Below are positions 57,439-64,000 of a stretch of DNA of 64,000 bases, piece after piece. The position numbers and the translations under genes are program-made. Location: assembly GCA_004431415.1 (NCBI GenBank), contig QPMI01000457.1, positions 310,001-374,000 on the forward strand. Reading direction: 5' to 3'. The stretch comes from Cyanophora paradoxa CCMP329. Its lineage: Eukaryota > Plantae > Glaucophyta. The first letter of the stretch is position 1. Each line of letters begins with the position of its first letter. The notes under the pieces were generated by a model that was not told where the DNA came from, searched no databases, and saw only the letters and a list, made by a program, of their open reading frames with translations.

Positions 57439-60400
57439 ATGGAGCGTCCGGCGGGCTCGCCGGTTCCGCAGACGGACCCGGAAGCTCTCGGGCGGACGTT
57501 TGCGAGGCTGCTGGAGACCAACCCCGACGCCCCGTGCTTCGCCAACCTAGAGATCGGCGACAAAGAGGCTCGTGTGCTAGCCTTAAAGCTCCAGTCGTAT
57601 ACTGGGATAAAGAAACTCGACCTGACAGACAATGAGCTCGGTTCGTGGGCCCCCGCCGCCTGCGGAGGCAGAAATTGATCGGGCCTCGCGCTTTCCACTT
57701 TCGCTGCCACCACAGGCGACGACGGGGTCTCTGCTCTCTGCGACACCCTGGAATCACTTCCTTTTCTGCAGGAGATTCTGCTTGGAGAGAACCTGATCAG
57801 CGACGACGGCGCGGCGAGCATCGCCCGACTCATTACCAGCTGCCCAGCCCTGCGGAAGCTGGACCTCAGCAACAACTGCATCCGGGATCGCGGAGCGGCG
57901 GCTCTAGCTCGTTCGTTGAGACGGGCACCGGAGCTAAAGGAACTGGACCTCTCATGCAATGTCATCGGCCGGAACGTACGCGTGGCGGCACGCGGCGCGT
58001 CGCGGGCGCGGGGGCTCACGCCCGGTCGCGCAGGGCGCCGCGGCTCTGTTCCGGGAGTACCTGGCCCTGCGAAGACCTCGCATCTTTATCGACCAGAACC
58101 CTTTGGTCCGCCCGCCCGAGCAGCCGCCTGCGCGCCCGGGGCCGAGCGCCGCACGCAGGTCGAGCAGGTCTTCGCGGCGTTCCCGGAGGGCGGAACGTTC
58201 GACTGGAACGCGCCGCCGGGGCTCGCGCAGCGGAGGCTGCGGGCGGGCCCACGGCAGGCGACGCTCAACATCGGGCTGCCGGCCTCCGAGGGGCAGGTGA
58301 TCCAGACGTACGTGGAGGAGCCGTCGTTCCTGGACGTCTCCGTGGAGGCCTCGCCCCGCAGCGTCCGCTCCTCCCCGCGGCGCGTCTCGTTCCCACGAGA
58401 GCCCGGCTCGCCCGGCGGCGGCGGCGGCGGGGGGGGAGGCGGGGCGGAGTGGCGGCCGGTGGGGGCGGGGACGGCGGGGGCCGGGGCGGGGCGGGCGGGC
58501 GGCTTCACGCAGAAGCGGTACAAGTTCTTCACGGAGCTGGCGCTGGTGGCGCAGGCCCTCTCGGCCTCCTTCGACGACTTCGTCCGCTCGCCCAGCGTCG
58601 CCGCCGCGCAGCCGGCCCTCGCCGTCCGCCCCGCGCCGCCCCGCCCCTCCCCGCCCCGCCCCGCCCCCGGGGGCTGACCTGGCGGGGCCGCAGGAGGTGC
58701 AGCTGGACGTCTCGCAGCTGCAGCCGGTGGTCAAGACGGTCGTGATGCTGGCCAAGGCCTCGCGGGACCACTCCCGCAAGCAGGAGGCGCAGCACAAGAC
58801 CGAGCTCGAGATGGTCGGCTACGTCTGGCAGCAGAAGCTCGCCCGCATCCGCGAGAAGAAGGTACCTTGCCCCGGCCCGGGCCCCGGCGGCCGCGGCGGG
58901 GCGGCGGGCACGGGCCTCCGGCTGACCGCTCTGCAGGGGGCGCGGGTGCGGCACATGGCGGAGCGGCTGGAGGAGCTCATGGCGGCGCACGGGCGGCAGC
59001 TGCGCGAGGCGCGGGCGGAGGCGGAGCGGGCGCGGGGCGAGGCGGAGAGCGCGCGGACGGAGGGCCAGCGGACGATCGTGGCGAAGGAGGCGCAGCTGCA
59101 GCGGGCGGACGCGGAGCTGGCGCAGCTGACGCGCGAGATCTCGATGACCGACGAGATCCACGCCGAGGCGAGCCGCCGCGGGCCGGCCCCCGGCCTCCGG
59201 GCGCGGCTGAGGGCGGCGCGCAGGTGCACCGGGTGCTGGACGAGCTGCGCGGGGAGCTGGAGAAGTCGCAGGAGCGCAACGCGGAGCTGGAGAAGCAGAG
59301 CGCGTCGGCGGCCGTCGAGCTGGAGATCGAGCGCGCCTCCGTCGCCCGCCTCGAGGCCGAGATCGAGCGGCTGCGGCAGATCGAGCACCCCTACGTCCAG
59401 CACCTCGAGCACCTGGTCCGCGCGCCCGCGCCCCGCGGTCCCCTCGCCCCGCCCCGCACCGCCCCGCTGACGGCGCTCCGCCGCGGCAGCGGGACGACGC
59501 GGCGCACCGGGTGGCGTCGGCTGAGTCGGAGCGCTCGGGGTGGAAGAAGAGCGAGGCGTACCTGGAGCAGCAGCGGGACGCGCTACAGCGGGAGAAGGAG
59601 GCGCTGCAGGCGGAGCTCGCGGAGGCGGCGCGGCGCGCCGAGGCGGGGGAGCACGAGCGGGGCGACCTGCGGCGGGAGCTGAACGAGCTGCGGGCGCTCA
59701 ACGAGAGCCGCGAGGAGTTCCTCCGCCTCGAGATGGTCTCCCACGGACAGAAGGTCCTGGAGCTCCGCGGCGAGCGGGACGCGGCGCGCGCCGAGCGGGA
59801 CGCGGCGCTCGACCGCGCCGAGGCGGGCGAGGCGCGGGGCGAGCGGCTCGCCTCGGAGAACGAGCTGCTGCGGGGGCGCGTGGAGTCGCTCGAGGGCGAG
59901 CGGAACGGGCTGGCGACCGAGCAGGCGCTGCTGGTGGAGAAGCTGCGGGCGCTCGACGCGGCGCGGGCGGAGGCGGAGGCGCAGCTCGGGATGGCGCTGG
60001 GCGAGCTGGAGGCGCTGCGGCGGGTGCAGGAGGAGTACGGGCGCGTCGTGTCGGAGAAGGAGCGGCTCATCGAGGAGAACGGCAACCTCCACAACGACCT
60101 CAACACCGTAGCCACGCAGGTCGGCCCTAGGCGGCCCCGGCTCGCCCGGGCCTGAGCCACTAACGCCGGCGGGCGCAGCTGGACGAGATCTCGGAGCGCT
60201 TCCGGCTGATGGAGGCGACGACGAAGGACCTGGAGGAGGAGCTGGCGGCGCGGGACGTCCGCACCCGCGAGGCCGTCGCCGCCAGCGAGGCCCTCGAGGC
60301 GCGCCTCGTCGAGAGCGAGCGCAAGAACGGGGAGCTGGAGGAGGCCGTCCGCCTCCTCGACACGGAGATCGAGGAGCTGCGCAAGCAGACGCAGCGGACG

Positions 60401-61944
60401 ATCGCCGAGGCGGAGAAGCGCGTCGCGGAGTGCATGTCGACGACGTCGCGGGCCTTCCTGGACACGCAGAACGGGCTGAAGGAGCTGGAGAAGATGCACG
60501 GGGTCGGCAAGGGCCTCGAGGGCGGCGCCTCGGACCGCCTCGTCGACGTCTACCGCCGCAAGGCCGCCGAGGCCGACCGCATCGGCATCGAGCTCGAGCG
60601 CGTGCGCCCCTCCCCGTCTACCCCCCCTCCCCCTCCCCCCCTCCCCGCCCCCGCTGAGCGGGGCGGGCGGGCGCAGCTGAAGGCGGACGTGGACGCACGG
60701 GACCGGGAGCTGCGGGAGATGCGGCGGGACTACGAGCACGCCTCGGCCAAGGCGCGCGAGGCCGACCAGCGCGAGGCGGCCCTCACGGCGCGCCTCGAGG
60801 CGGCCAAGGCGGAGCGGGACGGGCTCGCCTCGGAGCGGGAGCGCCTCACGCGGGAGCTCTCCCGCCTCGAGGAGCGCGCCGCCAACGCCGACGAGGAGCG
60901 CCGCGCCACGGAGGAGCGCGCCAAGGCCGCCGAGGAGCGCGGGCGCAAGGCCCGCGAGGAGCAGGAGCGCGAGGTGGCGCGCGAGCGGCGGGAGGGCGAC
61001 GAGCGGCGGCGGGCGGAGGTCGAGGCGGAGCGGAAGAAGGCAGAGGCGGAGGTGGAGCGGGAGCGGCGGCAGCGGGACGAGCTGCAGAAGCGGATCGACG
61101 AGATGCGGGACGGGGCGACGCGGAGCGCGGAGCTGCAGGAGCGCCTCAAGCAGAAGGAGGCGCAGCTGGACGCGCTCACGAAGCGGACGGGGGAGCTGGA
61201 CGGCGAGCTGCGGCGGCTGCGCGCCGAGCGCGCCGAGCTCGACAAGTACTCCGCCGTCAAGGAGCTCCGCGACCGCGTGCGCGCCCCGCCCCGCCCCGCC
61301 CCGGCCCGCCCCGCTCGGCTCAGGCGGGGGGGCCCGGCCCGGTCTGCAGGGGATCAAGCAGCTGGAGGGGAAGGAGACGCCTGCGACAAAGGTGGCCTTC
61401 CGCGCGGGGCTCCTCCCCGGCAAGCAGCACGCCCAGAAGCCCGTCACCATCCGCGTGCGTTTGCGCTTCAATTTGTATTTCGCGGCCCCGGCGCCTCGCT
61501 CTTCGTCCCGCCGACGCCTCCCGCAGGTGCAGCAGGGGCGGCTCACGTGGACGGACCCGAAGGGGAACGCCAACTCGGCCCCCCTCGAGAAGATCTTCTA
61601 CGTCGCCAAGGGCAAGGCCTCCGAGATCCTCGAGAAGTACGGCGTGCGTGCCCGTACCCCCCTTTTTCCCCCTCCCCCCCCAAAAAAAATACGAATTTGA
61701 ACGTTTACCCTCCCCGAAACAGACGACGGTGGACTCGAACCAGTGCTTCAGCGTGTACATCGACCGGCCGGAGCGGTCGGACCTGCCGGTGCGGACGCTG
61801 GACCTGTGCTGCCGGACGACCTCGGAGCGGGACGCGTGGTACACGGCCCTCACGGCGCTCGTCGTCCAGCGCTACCTCGACCAGCTGCCCCTCGAGGCGC
61901 CCCCGGCCCTAGGCCTCGCCGCCGGCGCCGGCGCCGGCTCCTAG
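57439..61944 (+). CDS. RI-like LRR plus long coiled coil plus C-terminal PH-domain protein
   Basis: LRRs IKKLDLTDNELG, LRKLDLSNNCIRDRGAAALA and LKELDLSCNVIG; several hundred aa of E/R/A-rich heptads; PH-like LTWTDPK...IFYVAKG...CFSVY...RTLDLCCRTTSERDAWYTALTAL. Confidence 0.75.
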
Positions 61945-62441
61945 CCCCGCCCGGCCCCGCCCGACCCGGACCATGGCCAGGATCCGGGGCTGTACGTACG
62001 TGTAGCTAGCAAGCAGAGCGCGAGGGGGTCTCGTCGACGTCGGCGTCGGACCCCCCGACCCGTAGGACTCGGATTTGTTGTAGCTCGGGGGGCGGGTACG
62101 CCCCCAGAACCGTAAAATAAACCATCGATTACTAAGTTACTAGCTCAAGCTTAAGGGGCTAGCGCTCGGGCTGTCCGCCATTAGACCGCCAATTGCAAAC
62201 TCCAGCCCAAACTTGGCAAACTTGGCGGCTAGTCGAGCCGCCGGGCCGGCTGGCGGCCAGCTTGAGGGCAGCCTCTTGCGCATGCTGCGCATGCTATAGC
62301 TAAGTTGCCATATGCATGGCCAGAAGTCCTAGCTATATATAGCTATATATAGGCTTCCGGATCCGCGATTTCGCGGGGTTTCGCGCCCGGGGGGCGGCGG
62401 GGGCCCGGCAGCGGCGGCGGGGGGCCGGGCCCCGGGTGGTA

Positions 62442-62713
62442 CCGTAATGAGAATATTAAGGTCTGTACTTTATTATGTCATCCCCAAATTACGTCGCCTC
62501 TGACGTGCGATAACGACATAATTCGGGACCGTCATGGTAGGGCGCCGGCACGCTCAGTGGTACCCAATCAAATTTACCGTCCATATACAGCCTAATACAG
62601 GCCTGAAAATTTCATGCCGACATAATTTGGCCATGGGGGCGTCATATTTCGCATGCGCATAGAGAAAACTCGGGTTTTACAACGACATAATTATATAAAA
62701 TATAATATTACGG
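62442..62713. mobile_element. Candidate Tc1/mariner (pogo/Tc2-like) MITE
   Basis: Ends CCGTAAT and ATTACGG are inverted repeats, each flanked by TA. Internal CGACATAATT occurs three times, with an inverted ATTATGTC near the left end. AT-rich, no ORF. Confidence 0.45.
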
Positions 62714-63608
62714 TATGCATATGTTGCGACTTCTTGTCATTCCGTTATATGAATGACTATTCTTAAAAACAAGTGCCTTCTTTTAGGTTCTTTATATTGC
62801 TGTTAACGTTGCGTTACGAATCCGAAAAAGCGAACTTCAAGTAGGGGTACCGGTGCGGCTTTAAGCCGGCTTGTTGCGTGCGGCTTGACGGCCAAGCCAA
62901 GCCAATTGCAAGCCGGCCGGCCGCGGCAGTGGCCGGCCGGCCATGATAATGATCATATGCATGAATGCATTTTTACAAATGCCGGCCGGCTCATTAGCAA
63001 ATGCATTTTGCAAGCGCGCTCAAGCTTGGCCCGCCTTGAGGCAAGCTTAAGCTTCAAAGGCTTAAGCCTAACTGTGAGGGGGGGCGGGTACTTTATTATA
63101 CCTACGTATACGGTACCCTTCAGATTCAGGCTTCAGCTTCGAATTCCGGATTCCGCATGCGGCTCCGACGGCTCGTTGGCGGCTCCAAGCCCTGCAGCTG
63201 AAGCGTTAGCCGCCGTTAGGGTGTGCTCAATGAATGGACAATTGTCGCTTGTTTAAACTTTGAAATTGCATCTTTTTTTGCGTCTGAGCCGCGGGGTCGC
63301 GGGGCGCCCGCGCCGGCCCCGCGGCCGCGGGCGCCGGCCGCGGGCCGCCGCGGCCCGCCGGCCGGCGCCCCGGCCGCGGGGGCCGCGCGGCCGCGGCCAT
63401 GGCCAAGCCGGGCCAACGCGCTAGTTCTAAACCTACAGTATGAGGCATATTTTATTTCCTGTACTAAATTAACTAGTTCTACAGTACGTATGCGGCATAT
63501 AATAGTATATGATCATGATATATATATGCCGCTATATACCAGGGTACTATAAATTCTATAATATGTCTATACTGTTAGTACTCTACTACTACAGTAGTAC
63601 TAATCTAT

Positions 63609-63754
63609 CTTCTGATCGTGTCCCTTCTCGTGATCCCTCTTGATTCTGTATATATTTTGTGCTAGTTTACTGTATCTTTGATTTGTGATTGCTTTGTTGT
63701 CTTTAATATCACTACCTACGGGGGGTTCGCCCCACCGTAGTCTCTCAAAAAAAA
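63609..63754 (+). mobile_element. Short retroposed insertion (5'-truncated LINE 3' end or SINE)
   Basis: 13-bp direct repeat AGTACTAATCTAT at 63596-63608 and 63755-63767, an A-tail at 63747-63755, and a stem-loop just upstream of the tail. Confidence 0.7.
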
Positions 63755-64000
63755 AGTACTAATCTATACGATTCTATAGTCCCGTAATTATTATAAACGT
63801 TAACGGTAAACGTTATAAGTTAACTAATAACTTATAAATACCGTTAACGCCGTGACGAACTTCGCCGCCGCCGCGTTGAACTTTCGGAAGTTCGGGCCGG
63901 GAAACCGTTGAATCGAACGGGAACTTGAACAATGTAACGGCCGCACGGGAACTTATGTCGTGACGCCGACGTCACGCCGTCACGTCGCCGTAACGGCGAG

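Noticed and set aside
1-64000. CRISPR arrays, rRNA, tRNA and prokaryotic operons
   Set aside because: None recognised. The window is intron-rich eukaryotic DNA with no regularly spaced repeat-spacer array.

Overview
Gene-dense, very GC-rich eukaryotic nuclear DNA with many short spliceosomal introns (mostly ~58-85 nt). The host is a flagellate (outer-arm dynein heavy chain, CFAP100). It probably has a primary plastid: a DUF3054 protein and an RluA enzyme carry N-terminal extensions with an early Phe and no signal peptide, a glaucophyte-like pattern (inference only). I manually spliced or partly traced about 17 genes: DNAH5/8-type dynein heavy chain, CFAP100, UBL-UAS-UBX protein, SUMO-like/ARM fusion, DUF4062-STAND NTPase, a disrupted F-box gene, RluA, a GPI-type Cys-rich protein, DUF3054, a cathepsin Z-like protease, a WSC-like secreted protein, an LRR-coiled-coil-PH protein and several hypothetical proteins. 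The most unusual signals are: (1) spacer DNA and some introns built from chains of overlapping short palindromes; (2) a non-standard 5' splice-site code (8 of 28 dynein introns are GC-AG, and +4 is C in 23 of 28); (3) strand-biased C-rich intron tracts; (4) a small retroposed insertion with a target-site duplication and a candidate TA-flanked MITE near the right end. Gene spans include introns, and some boundaries are approximate. Several apparent frameshifts lie in G/C runs and may be assembly errors.
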